This document shows, in pieces, positions 47,868-55,408 of a stretch of 64,000 nucleotides of DNA (positions are counted from its first letter, which is position 1; each line of letters starts with the position of its first letter). The translations under genes and the position numbers were made by a program. The stretch is from the IMG/VR virus record IMGVR_UViG_3300045988_098886, one strand, 5' to 3'. The notes beneath the pieces were generated by a model. That model was not told the DNA's origin. It saw nothing but the letters and a program-made list of their open reading frames with translations, and searched no databases. Source of the DNA: a virus.

Positions 47868-48304
47868 TATGTCATAAGTTGTTGACTTGTTTCTACTGCT
47901 ATTTTATCAGCCCTTGCATTAAATTCATCTTCAAAATGGCCTTTTACCCAGCCAATACGAAGATTACCAATAAGGCTTCGCTTCTCTTTAACAATATTAT
48001 CAAGTTCTTGTAAAACATCTAAATTTGTATTTCTTTTATATTTTAATTCTCCTATTCGAGAAGTTCCAATTGCATACATTGAGTCACTAATAATAGTAAC
48101 ATCTTCCATATAAGAAGTTATACATTTAAATGCAGCAATGATAGCTTTAAGCTCCATTCTGTTATTTGTTGTATTCTTATAGCCTTTAGAAACTTCTGCA
48201 ACTTTAATAAGTTTTTTATCTTCTTCCTTTACAAATACTACCCCGATTCCTCCTTGGTTCAGGGCACTACTGTATGCGCCATCAGTATAAATTCTATATT
48301 TCAA
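47867..48304 (-). CDS. rnhA: ribonuclease HI
   Basis: IYTDGAY (D), NNRMELKA (E), IISDSMY (D), GHFEDEFNARADKIA (H..N..D). The track start is a TTG codon. Confidence 0.85.
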   Translation of the reverse strand: MKYRIYTDGAYSSALNQGGIGVVFVKEEDKKLIKVAEVSKGYKNTTNNRMELKAIIAAFKCITSYMEDVTIISDSMYAIGTSRIGELKYKRNTNLDVLQELDNIVKEKRSLIGNLRIGWVKGHFEDEFNARADKIAVETSQQLMT

Positions 48305-48306
48305 GA

Positions 48307-48717
48307 TTATTTTTCTTCTTGTGCTTTGCGCACTGTAATATAAGAGTCTCTACCAAGACAGGTTGCGATTCTTAGTAAATCATCGTCACTATCAACAACA
48401 ATTTTATTAAGAATGTAAGCATCCATTTCGGAGAGAATTACCATTTCACCATAAGTATCAACATACTTCTTTTTCCAGAAAACTAATTGAGGTTTATAAC
48501 GCCTAACAGCCCACTTCATTGGAGTAAGTTGTTCATCGGGTTCTCCGGTTTTGAATCCATCAGACTGCATTTCTTCGCAAACATCTTGAATAAAGAATCC
48601 AAAATAGTAAGCTCTAACTATGTCATCGTCTATAAATTCATCATAGTATTTGTCATTTGCGTACATTTCTTGTACAAAACGCTTTTTCCAATCTTCTGAT
48701 ATTTTTAATGAAATCAT
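48307..48717 (-). CDS. hypothetical protein (136 aa)
   Basis: ORF track. Confidence 0.6.
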   Translation of the reverse strand: MISLKISEDWKKRFVQEMYANDKYYDEFIDDDIVRAYYFGFFIQDVCEEMQSDGFKTGEPDEQLTPMKWAVRRYKPQLVFWKKKYVDTYGEMVILSEMDAYILNKIVVDSDDDLLRIATCLGRDSYITVRKAQEEK

Positions 48718-48744
48718 AAATTCTTAATCTTTAATTGTTGTAAG

Positions 48745-48829
48745 TGGAGGGTGTCAGATTCGAACTGACGGACCCCGAAGGGCCGGCGCCTTAGCAGAGC
48801 GCTGGTTTAAACCACTCACCCAACCCTCC
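48745..48829 (-). tRNA. tRNA-Ser (GCU), class II
   Basis: Acceptor GGAGGGU/ACCCUCC, anticodon loop CUGCUAA, long variable arm CGGCCCUUCGGGGUCCG, T arm GUCAG-UUCGAAU-CUGAC. Confidence 0.9.
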
Positions 48830-48834
48830 TTCCA

Positions 48835-49074
48835 TCAACCTAACAAGTCGGTTAACTTGTTGAGTGTAGTTTCATTCTTTTCTGCTACTTCTTCAAGAGC
48901 TTTCTTCTCTGCTAGTGCAGCATCAGCTTCTTGTTGTTTGATTGCAGCTTGTTCTCTAGCTTTGGTAATTACTCCGGACAAACCAGAAACAGTGTTCTTA
49001 AATACCTTCAATAAGTTGTCGGCAGATGTTGCTAATTCAGCAGCAGTGTTAGCTTTCTTTGAAATAAGTGACAT
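48835..49074 (-). CDS. hypothetical coiled-coil protein (79 aa)
   Basis: ORF track. Confidence 0.5.
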   Translation of the reverse strand: MSLISKKANTAAELATSADNLLKVFKNTVSGLSGVITKAREQAAIKQQEADAALAEKKALEEVAEKNETTLNKLTDLLG

Positions 49075-49102
49075 AATCTAAAAAATTTAATTGTTAATAA
49101 TG

Positions 49103-49184
49103 TATCCGAGGTGAGATTCGAACTCACACGAGCTTAGCTCATTAGTTCCTAAGACTAACGCGGCTACCATTTCGCCACTCGGAC
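49103..49184 (-). tRNA. tRNA-Leu (UAG), class II
   Basis: Acceptor GUCCGAG/CUCGGAU, anticodon arm UUAGU-CUUAGGA-ACUAA, variable arm UGAGCUAAGCUCGU. Confidence 0.9.
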
Positions 49185-49186
49185 AA

Positions 49187-49270
49187 GTAGCAAGGAGTCC
49201 ATAGTGGGCTGCAGGACGTCTAAATCCACAGCGAACTAAAACAATGGAAGATTTCGGGAGACTCCTTGCG
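49187..49270 (-). other. stem-closed structured leader upstream of tRNA-Leu (no ACAGCAA motif)
   Basis: A 10-bp helix GCAAGGAGUC/GACUCCUUGC encloses about 60 nt, between the stop of 49277..49546 and the tRNA. Confidence 0.35.
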
Positions 49271-49276
49271 AATATT

Positions 49277-49546
49277 TTAGTTGTGGGCTCTTAATAGCTC
49301 CCCATATTTGTAGTGATTGCAATACCTATGTAAATAGGCAATGTAGACGTACTTATCCTTTATTAAATCGTAGTACTTCTGTTGAAAGCGAAGAACAGAA
49401 TCTCTGTCTCCATTTAAAAATCCAACATGGTACTCTGCAACTGAAGGATGTACAAAGATACTACTTTTAGTCGACTGTGCAAAGACAATCGCCATAAAAA
49501 ATGTTAAAATCAATATCAGTATTCTGTTAGACTTTATAATGCTCAT
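49277..49546 (-). CDS. secreted/membrane protein (89 aa)
   Basis: ORF track. N-terminal hydrophobic segment. Confidence 0.5.
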   Translation of the reverse strand: MSIIKSNRILILILTFFMAIVFAQSTKSSIFVHPSVAEYHVGFLNGDRDSVLRFQQKYYDLIKDKYVYIAYLHRYCNHYKYGELLRAHN

Positions 49547-49823
49547 ATAGCAACGAAATTAAATTTGGATTAATCCATTTCTGCGTGTCTATTGTTCTAA
49601 ATGGATGCAGGAAATCGCTTACTACACGTTCATTATCAAGATACCAATCAATTTTGTTTATCTCAATTTCAAGGTCTTTGACAGACCTCTCATCGGGCAG
49701 AGACTCACAAATTCTATCAATCCTGTTATTAAGTCTCCTAGAGGACACTACTAAACAGATTATCATTGCTACTGCTCTTACAAAGTAAATCATAAGAAAC
49801 AGACATATAAAAAGATTCATCAT
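49527..49823 (-). CDS. membrane protein (98 aa)
   Basis: ORF track. N-terminal TM segment. Confidence 0.5.
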   Translation of the reverse strand: MMNLFICLFLMIYFVRAVAMIICLVVSSRRLNNRIDRICESLPDERSVKDLEIEINKIDWYLDNERVVSDFLHPFRTIDTQKWINPNLISLLYEHYKV

Positions 49824-50776
49824 AAGCTCATTAGTTTTTCGTAAGCCGCTGTTAGTTCCTTAAATTTCTCTTCACTACCACCTCTATCAGGGTGATAAAC
49901 AAGAACTAATTTCCTATAAGCTGCTTTAATTATTTTCTTATCAGTTGTTGGAGAAATTTGAAGAATTGTGTAAAGAGAAGCATAGGGATTAATTGTTTCT
50001 TGTTGACGTTTAGCTTGTTCTCTTGAGAAATTATCCCACCAACTCTGGTATTGGTGATTAAACCCTGCAAAATCATCATTGAACTCAAATCCTTGACTGC
50101 CATAGAATCTGGCTCTCTGATATGCATTTTCTTGTCTAATTCTTTCTCTTTCCTTTCTTTCACGCTCCATTCTCTCTTCCCATTCCCTTTGCGCTTTTCT
50201 TGCTGCTTCTTGTGCCTTTCTTATGTTTTCCTCTACTTTAGCGGGAATTTCATAAAATATATGGTCAAGAGTTTTATCAACAACATTCCATAAAATAGTA
50301 ATGTGAATGGGCTTGCTAATAGCATACTTCATTCCAGAATCCCAGAGATTTCCTTTCACATTAACGTATACAGAAATGTTCTGACGATTTTCCTTTAAAC
50401 CTTTCTCTATAGCTTCTATAACGGCATAGAAATAAGGTTCTCTCTTCCTTTCAAGAAGTTTCAATACAGCTTTAAATTGTGGAATTCTTTCTTTATCAAG
50501 TTGGCTACTCAACAAATAAGCAAACCATTTAAAATGATTGTACTTCTTTAATTCAGAGAAATTACACTTTATAAGAGAATGTTCAGGTTCAAAGTCTGAT
50601 TCTTCGACAAAATGAGCTCCACTGAAGAAATTATAATATTCAAAATCAATATTGTATTTCCTACAAGCATATATAAACGCTTTATCTCTACTTGTAATAA
50701 TGTCTCTTTCTTCTCCCTCATTTAGATTAGAAGAGCCATTAAAGTATTTTAAAGAAATCTTTTTAAAAACATTCAT
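49820..50776 (-). CDS. J-domain (DnaJ-like co-chaperone) protein
   Basis: C-terminal YTILQISPTTDKKIIKAAYRKLVLVYHPDRGGSEEKFKELTAAYEKL with the HPD tripeptide. Confidence 0.85.
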   Translation of the reverse strand: MNVFKKISLKYFNGSSNLNEGEERDIITSRDKAFIYACRKYNIDFEYYNFFSGAHFVEESDFEPEHSLIKCNFSELKKYNHFKWFAYLLSSQLDKERIPQFKAVLKLLERKREPYFYAVIEAIEKGLKENRQNISVYVNVKGNLWDSGMKYAISKPIHITILWNVVDKTLDHIFYEIPAKVEENIRKAQEAARKAQREWEERMERERKERERIRQENAYQRARFYGSQGFEFNDDFAGFNHQYQSWWDNFSREQAKRQQETINPYASLYTILQISPTTDKKIIKAAYRKLVLVYHPDRGGSEEKFKELTAAYEKLMSL

Positions 50777-50802
50777 TGTCTCATCTATTTAGTTGTTAAA
50801 CG

Positions 50803-50876
50803 TGGGCCCCACCGGACTTGAACCGATAACCTCCTGATTATGAGTCAGATGCTCTGACCGATTGAGCTAGGGGCCC
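50803..50876 (-). tRNA. tRNA-Met or Ile2 (CAU), elongator type
   Basis: Acceptor GGGCCCC/GGGGCCC (G1-C72, so not an initiator), anticodon arm UCUGA-CUCAUAA-UCAGG. Confidence 0.85.
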
Positions 50877-50908
50877 AATAAAAAAGGACAGCGATTAAAC
50901 TGTCCTTT
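50877..50908 (-). terminator. rho-independent terminator
   Basis: RNA: AAAGGACAG-UUUAAUCG-CUGUCCUUU followed by UUUAUU. Confidence 0.6.
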
Positions 50909-50925
50909 CTTTTTAATTTCTTCTT

Positions 50926-51357
50926 TTACAAGGAAAGGATTTCCTCTTCCTCTTGCTTTTTAATTTCTTCTTCTTCGTCTTCAACAAGAGTGATACCTAA
51001 GCCCCACACTTCAGCAAGTTCTTTTGGCATACTGATAGCTTCTTCAGGAAACCATTCGTTGTGAGTTTCAATGGCGATTTTCCAATCTACCAATGTGTCA
51101 CGGAGTTCACTTTTCTTGTTTTGAATTTCTTCCACAAAACGTTTGGGATTGAAATCCTTACTTACCGGAGATAACGAGGTTGTGCTGTTGATAGATAAAT
51201 CCATCAAATTTGTAAGCTCGTTGATAATACCTTGAGCCTTACGTTTACTGTCAGCAATTAATGCTTCTTGTTCTTGTTTTACAGTATTAGCAATACCTCT
51301 AGCACGAGCTGCTAACAATGATTGACCACTACGTGATAATACCTTTGCAAATTTCAT
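50926..51357 (-). CDS. hypothetical protein (143 aa)
   Basis: ORF track. Confidence 0.6.
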   Translation of the reverse strand: MKFAKVLSRSGQSLLAARARGIANTVKQEQEALIADSKRKAQGIINELTNLMDLSINSTTSLSPVSKDFNPKRFVEEIQNKKSELRDTLVDWKIAIETHNEWFPEEAISMPKELAEVWGLGITLVEDEEEEIKKQEEEEILSL

Positions 51358-51379
51358 TTACGTAAATTTTTTTTATTTA

Positions 51380-51946
51380 TTAAACATTCCAAACATACCT
51401 AGCTTTGTTTGCATAAATGGCATCAAATACCAATTGTCCAAACTGTGTAGCTACATACAATGCAGTTTCTTCATCCTTACAGGCAAGACAGCCCACATGG
51501 GCATAGGCATAGCCGACCCCATTAAGAGAATTGAAGCAACCAAGGCCAGCATTACCGCCGTCATCAGCGCGGCCGCCAAGCAGATAGTATCTTTCTCCTT
51601 CTGATGTGAATTTTGCGATGACATTCTTCTTTTCACTGTCAGGCAATTTACTTTGTACATAGAAACGAATCCATGGATACCATACTCTTCCTTCTGTAAG
51701 ACTGAAATTGTGACCTCTATTCAAAGCCCGCAATACAGTTTGTAATTCATACATCTTACGAACGGAATAAGGAGCAGAGTTAAGCCAATTTGGATATTCT
51801 TCTTCCAACACTTCAAAAGCATCTTCTACAGTTCTTACTCTTGTCTTGATGTCTTCATCAATAAAGCTAATTGTGCGAGTGCTTTCATCATATACAGGAA
51901 TCTTACCTTCTGGAGCCTGTACTTCAATTACATGTTTTTTACTCAT
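51380..51946 (-). CDS. hypothetical protein (188 aa)
   Basis: ORF track. Confidence 0.6.
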   Translation of the reverse strand: MSKKHVIEVQAPEGKIPVYDESTRTISFIDEDIKTRVRTVEDAFEVLEEEYPNWLNSAPYSVRKMYELQTVLRALNRGHNFSLTEGRVWYPWIRFYVQSKLPDSEKKNVIAKFTSEGERYYLLGGRADDGGNAGLGCFNSLNGVGYAYAHVGCLACKDEETALYVATQFGQLVFDAIYANKARYVWNV

Positions 51947-51974
51947 ACTAAATATTTAATAAAGTTTTTAATTG

Positions 51975-52057
51975 AGCCCTCTGTCCGATTCGAACGGACG
52001 TGAGATTTCTCTACACGCTTACAAGGCGCGTGCAATCGACCACTATGCGAAGAGGGC
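51975..52057 (-). tRNA. tRNA-Thr (UGU) with an atypical 14-nt variable region
   Basis: Acceptor GCCCUCU/AGAGGGC, anticodon arm CGCGC-CUUGUAA-GCGUG, variable UAGAGAAAUCUCAC, T arm GUCCG-UUCGAAU-CGGAC, U73. Confidence 0.75.
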
Positions 52058-52186
52058 AGAAACAGATGTGAATTTTTTAAGACGGATTCGAACCGAAATC
52101 TCCTAACACAAGGTTAGGTGTAATAACCCTTATACTATACTTCCTTGTTTGGTGGGAGTTAAAAAGTTTTGCTGTTACACATCTTT
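52058..52186 (-). ncRNA. ACAGCAA-family small RNA, member 2, with a degenerate tRNA-like core
   Basis: 5' AAAGAUGUGUA-ACAGCAA .. ACACAUC-UGUUUCU 3'. The core has a D-like arm UAGU-AUAAGGGUU-AUUA, a hairpin CCUAA-CCUUGUG-UUAGG and the T-loop sequence GGUUCGAAUCC. It abuts tRNA-Thr. Confidence 0.6.
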
Positions 52187-52206
52187 ACATAACCTTGCCA
52201 GGTTGC

Positions 52207-52276
52207 CGAGAGCGGGGGATTCGAACCCCAACTACCACAGTGACAGTGTGGCGTGCAGCCATTACACTACGCCCTC
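52207..52276 (-). tRNA. tRNA-Asp (GUC), compact (T stem apparently 4 bp)
   Basis: Acceptor GAGGGCG/CGCUCUC, anticodon arm CCACA-CUGUCAC-UGUGG, T arm GGGG-UUCGAAU-CCCC, G73. Confidence 0.75.
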
Positions 52277-52428
52277 GATTGTTGGTAGATGTCAGCCGTT
52301 TCTATTCTACCATTGCGTACTACGGTGCTGACTACCGCCTAAGATTTCCATGTCCTCACGTTATCTTAGGGTGTGTATGATTATTATTGCCTAACCAATT
52401 ACTTGGCTGGGAGGATTATGCACAAGAG
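52277..52428 (-). other. structured spacer of about 150 nt between tRNA-Glu and tRNA-Asp
   Basis: Helices CCUAAGAU/AUCUUAGG and GGUAG-UCAGC../..GCUGA-CAU-CUACC. No ORF. Confidence 0.35.
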
Positions 52429-52503
52429 CACTGCCCACGGGATTCGAACCCGTATTAGCATCATCGAAAGTGATGTGTCCTAGTCCAATTAGACGAGAGC
52501 AGC
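52429..52503 (-). tRNA. tRNA-Glu (UUC)
   Basis: Acceptor GCUGCUC/GGGCAGU, anticodon arm CAUCA-CUUUCGA-UGAUG, T arm ACGGG-UUCGAAU-CCCGU, G73. Confidence 0.85.
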
Positions 52504-52633
52504 AGAAAGCGGAAGACATTTTTATACGTTGCTCTACCTGACTGAGCTAAATGAAGCAAGCTTCACTATGAGATTTGAACTCATGACCGACGGCTTACAA
52601 GGCTAGATTGTTATTGCTGTAAGTCTTCCTTTT
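52504..52633 (-). ncRNA. ACAGCAA-family small RNA, member 3, containing a circularly permuted, tetraloop-capped tRNA mimic
   Basis: 5' AAAAGGAAGACUU-ACAGCAA .. T arm AUGAG-UUCAAAU-CUCAU, AGUGAAG-CUUG-CUUCAUU (capped acceptor), UA, D arm GCUC-AGUCAGGUA-GAGC .. GUCUUCC-GCUUUCU 3'. It abuts tRNA-Glu. Confidence 0.65.
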
Positions 52634-52644
52634 ATAAACTTAAC

Positions 52645-53010
52645 CTATTTTTCTTTTGGCTTAAAAATGAATCTGGCAGGATAGCTTTCACCAAGACCTG
52701 GCTTGTCATATTCAACTTCCCAACCATTTTTACGATATTCATCTTCTACATCTAACCATTTGTTTTCTAAGATGATTTGACTAGTCATACTATCGAGAGG
52801 ACAAACGGTAAGAATTTCTTTAATAACTTCACCTTGCAATATTATAGTGCCATAAGCATCATAATTCTTTGCAAGAAGATTGTTAAACGCCTGATACACA
52901 AAATCAGGAATGGACGCGAGTTTATGTTCTTTAGCATCCTTTGGAGTAAATATTTTCATATTCTTTATTTTTAAGTAGTAATCTTTATTAATCCCAAAAC
53001 CAAGCTTCAC
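52645..53010 (-). CDS. hypothetical protein (121 aa)
   Basis: ORF track. Confidence 0.6.
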   Translation of the reverse strand: MKLGFGINKDYYLKIKNMKIFTPKDAKEHKLASIPDFVYQAFNNLLAKNYDAYGTIILQGEVIKEILTVCPLDSMTSQIILENKWLDVEDEYRKNGWEVEYDKPGLGESYPARFIFKPKEK

Positions 53011-53191
53011 GAGCCATAGCTCGTCTCATTGATATTTTGCCATCAAGAATTTTAAACCATTTCTGATGTCTGAAATGTTGGAATCTACACTTTCCATTCT
53101 TTCCTCCACAAACACGATAAGTCCACCGTCTTCCATGAGACCGTTTACCTATGTATTTAGGTGCAATTTTCCATTTCTTTCCGTTACTCAT
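52988..53191 (-). CDS. small very basic protein (67 aa)
   Basis: The ORF track gives 52988..53233, but codons 1-14 overlap tRNA-Ser. I use the ATG at 53191 (MSNGKKWKIAPKY..). Confidence 0.5.
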   Translation of the reverse strand: MSNGKKWKIAPKYIGKRSHGRRWTYRVCGGKNGKCRFQHFRHQKWFKILDGKISMRRAMAREAWFWD

Positions 53192-53206
53192 AGTTATTAA
53201 AGTTAG

Positions 53207-53297
53207 AGGAGGAAGTGGGACTCCAACCCACACACCGCTGTTACACGATTACTGGCGATTTTCAAGACCGCTGCCTTAGCATTAGGCTTATTCCTCC
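53207..53297 (-). tRNA. tRNA-Ser (UGA), class II
   Basis: Acceptor GGAGGAA/UUCCUCC, anticodon arm GCGGU-CUUGAAA-AUCGC, variable region of about 23 nt, T arm GUGGG-UUGGAGU-CCCAC. Confidence 0.8.
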
Positions 53298-53406
53298 AAG
53301 AAGACTACTCATGTAGTCTTTATTCTGCATCAACAAACATAGCCGAAAACAATGATAGAACAATCGCAAAGGCAACTGTTATTCCTATTACCTTTAATAT
53401 GGTCAG

Positions 53407-53880
53407 TCAGTCAAATAGACAAGCCATCGACGCAATGAAGGTAACAACGGCTGCCACACACCTTGTTACTCCGGCAGCTTCTTGGTCTTTAGAAAATTTA
53501 CTAGAACCAGTCCATACAGCCCATATACTTATAATAAGCAGAACAATTCCCACTGCTGCTCCGGCTATCTCTTTATACAGAAGTTTCCATACAACAACAG
53601 TAATTGCAGTTTTACCTAAATCAGTTTCAGATACTCGCACTACCGATTCTTCTACTGCTTTAAGGGTTTCATTCACAGCTGTTCCAATTTCTTTACCTAA
53701 ATAAGCATAGTTGGATACTTCTTTCAGTTCTCCTTCAATGGCTTTCTTAGTGGTTACTTTCTCAATCGAAGACCTGGCTTCTGGTGAGAGTTTGTTGTAA
53801 TCCTCTTGCGAAATTGTTACTTGTGAAAACATAGTCACACTTACTAAAGCCATGACTAAAGCTAAAAATAATCTCTTCAT
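53407..53880 (-). CDS. membrane protein with signal peptide (157 aa)
   Basis: ORF track. MKRLFLALVMALVSVTMFSQ plus C-terminal TM segments. Confidence 0.6.
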   Translation of the reverse strand: MKRLFLALVMALVSVTMFSQVTISQEDYNKLSPEARSSIEKVTTKKAIEGELKEVSNYAYLGKEIGTAVNETLKAVEESVVRVSETDLGKTAITVVVWKLLYKEIAGAAVGIVLLIISIWAVWTGSSKFSKDQEAAGVTRCVAAVVTFIASMACLFD

Positions 53881-53910
53881 CTTTAATTGTTTAAAGTAAA
53901 TAATATTAAG

Positions 53911-53994
53911 GGTGTAGTATGGGATTCGAACCCATGCGTTTCTTATGTACCAGAATCACAATCTGGCGGCATCAACCACTAGCCGAACTACACC
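53911..53994 (-). tRNA. tRNA-His (GUG) with an encoded G-1 and an atypical 14-nt variable region
   Basis: G-1 pairs with C73. Acceptor GUGUAGU/ACUACAC, anticodon arm CCAGA-UUGUGAU-UCUGG, variable UACAUAAGAAACGC, T arm AUGGG-UUCGAAU-CCCAU. Confidence 0.8.
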
Positions 53995-54000
53995 ATGTAT

Positions 54001-54339
54001 TTATTTGTAAATGTAAAGGTCTGATGGGAAATCTCCGTCACATACGTGCTTAGTTACATTACATAACCAAATAGTTGGAACTGGAACATCCTCATAAAGC
54101 GAAATCCATTCATAAGTAGCACCAAACTCGTCTTGTTGTATTTTATGAAAGTGAATATCACCTCTTTCTGGGTCTGGCTCTGTATCAAATCTAAGAGTTA
54201 CAGATTCAAGTCCGGCAGCATACCATTCTAAGAAATCATCCGCACCGTTTACCATTTGTAAATCATCAATGCTTCCAATCCAAGGAATATCAACAAACCA
54301 TCGTTGAGCTAATTTTTTAAATGTTAGTTTAAGTTTCAT
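54001..54339 (-). CDS. hypothetical protein (112 aa)
   Basis: ORF track. Confidence 0.6.
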   Translation of the reverse strand: MKLKLTFKKLAQRWFVDIPWIGSIDDLQMVNGADDFLEWYAAGLESVTLRFDTEPDPERGDIHFHKIQQDEFGATYEWISLYEDVPVPTIWLCNVTKHVCDGDFPSDLYIYK

Positions 54340-54356
54340 ATTATTTCTTTATTAAG

Positions 54357-54430
54357 TGGAGCCAGTGGGACTCGAACCCACGACCTTCTGCGTGCAAGGC
54401 AGACGTTCTAGCCATCTGAACTATGACCCC
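54357..54430 (-). tRNA. tRNA-Ala (UGC)
   Basis: Acceptor GGGGUCA/UGGCUCC with the G3:U70 Ala identity pair, anticodon arm UCUGC-CUUGCAC-GCAGA. Confidence 0.9.
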
Positions 54431-54442
54431 AAATTACGATTG

Positions 54443-54516
54443 AGGGGAGTGTCGGGTTCGAACCGACAACCTATGGGTTAACAGCCCATTGCTCTGCCAA
54501 TTATAGCTAACTCCCC
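54443..54516 (-). tRNA. tRNA-Asn (GUU)
   Basis: Acceptor GGGGAGU/ACUCCCC, anticodon arm AUGGG-CUGUUAA-CCCAU, T arm GUCGG-UUCGAAC-CCGAC. Confidence 0.9.
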
Positions 54517-54592
54517 GAATACGGATTACTGTTTAAATGTGTCGCTATTTTCTGGTGCAATAATTTAAGATAATTGCTGTAAGTAATCCTTG
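54517..54592 (-). ncRNA. ACAGCAA-family small RNA, member 4 (short form)
   Basis: 5' CAAGGAUUACUU-ACAGCAA .. AGUAAUCC-GUAUUC 3'. An internal hairpin GCAAUUAU-CUUAA-AUUAUUGC uses the GCAA of the motif. It abuts tRNA-Asn. Confidence 0.6.
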
Positions 54593-54930
54593 TAATATAT
54601 TTAATATAAAAAACAGTAGTCATTTATAATCCCTATGTGTAGGAACTTACTCCCCCATTGGAAGTGTTCCCGTTGGTAACCAAGTATAGCTATGTGAAGC
54701 TTGCTCAAAGTACCATACAAAAGCTCTCTTTAATAATTTCATAACTTTCATACTTTTTAAGGGTTAAATGAATAAATAAATAATCTAAAAACTCTGGTCA
54801 ACCACACGCATCCCACCAGTTTGTACTTCCCGCTCCTCTTAGTACAAGCGACTCTGTTGTTCCTACAGATTATCTCCTAAGTATCCAAACGAGCTATCAC
54901 CTGCCACAGCCTTGTCCGTTGTGAGTTTTG

Positions 54931-55015
54931 TGTGCCCTCTGGGTCTCGAACCCAGCGTGGAATTACTTCCTCCGGATTAAAAGTCCGGTGCAGTAGCCAG
55001 CTCTGCTCAAGGCAC
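54931..55015 (-). tRNA. tRNA-Lys (UUU) with an atypical 16-nt variable arm
   Basis: Acceptor GUGCCUU/AGGGCAC, anticodon arm CCGGA-CUUUUAA-UCCGG, variable AGGAAGUAAUUCCACG (GGAA-GUAA-UUCC stem-loop). Confidence 0.8.
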
Positions 55016-55040
55016 ATAAAAGTCCTATAAAAATAGGACT
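55016..55040 (-). terminator. terminator-like hairpin immediately upstream of tRNA-Lys
   Basis: RNA: AGUCCUAU-UUUU-AUAGGACU followed by UUUAU. Confidence 0.4.
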
Positions 55041-55066
55041 GACTACTTAAGAAAAAGTAGTGTTTT

Positions 55067-55143
55067 AAAAACAGAACACTATAAAAAGCTGTGTCAAATT
55101 AAAAGTTTGATGCTGAATATAATTTGCTGTAAGTGTTCTTTTT
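55067..55143 (-). ncRNA. ACAGCAA-family small RNA, member 5 (short form)
   Basis: 5' AAAAAGAACACUU-ACAGCAA .. AGUGUUC-UGUUUUU 3'. Confidence 0.6.
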
Positions 55144-55160
55144 ATTAACTAAAATTGAAG

Positions 55161-55242
55161 AGCCCAGAGTCGGATTCAAACCGACGACAGATTTCTCAAA
55201 CGGTTTTGCAGACCGTCCCCTTAATCACTCGGGCATCTGGGC
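55161..55242 (-). tRNA. tRNA-Cys (GCA) with an atypical 14-nt variable region
   Basis: Acceptor GCCCAGA/UCUGGGC, U73, anticodon arm ACGGU-CUGCAAA-ACCGU, variable UUGAGAAAUCUGUC. Confidence 0.8.
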
Positions 55243-55309
55243 ATAAACAGAAGTCTTTTTGTTGACAATATAACCAATTGTTGTATTAAATTTGCTGTGA
55301 GACTTCTTT
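55243..55309 (-). ncRNA. ACAGCAA-family small RNA, member 6 (short form)
   Basis: 5' AAAGAAGUCUC-ACAGCAA .. AGACUUC-UGUUUAU 3'. It abuts tRNA-Cys. Confidence 0.6.
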
Positions 55310-55333
55310 ATATTTTTTAATTGCCGTTTGTTG

Positions 55334-55408
55334 TAGTCCCTGTGTGATTCGAACACACGACCCTTTGAATGTAAATCAAATGCTCTTGACCAGCTGAGCT
55401 AAGGGACT
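55334..55408 (-). tRNA. tRNA-Val (UAC)
   Basis: Acceptor AGUCCCU/AGGGACU, anticodon arm UUUGA-UUUACAU-UCAAA, T arm GUGUG-UUCGAAU-CACAC. Confidence 0.9.

Noticed and set aside
52149-52380. Plus-strand ORFs 52149..52331 and 52195..52380, and likewise 57010..57249 and 53399..53704.
   Set aside because: They overlap tRNA genes or structured spacers, or the minus-strand membrane-protein gene, on the opposite strand.
53192-53233. N-terminal extension of ORF 52988..53233.
   Set aside because: The first 14 codons overlap tRNA-Ser(UGA). The internal ATG at 53191 gives a clean gene.
54647-54751. A 34-codon minus-strand ORF (MKVMKLLKRAFVWYFEQASHSYTWLPTGTLPMGE) between tRNA-Lys and family member 4.
   Set aside because: It is too short, has no supporting signal, and sits in an otherwise RNA-rich spacer.
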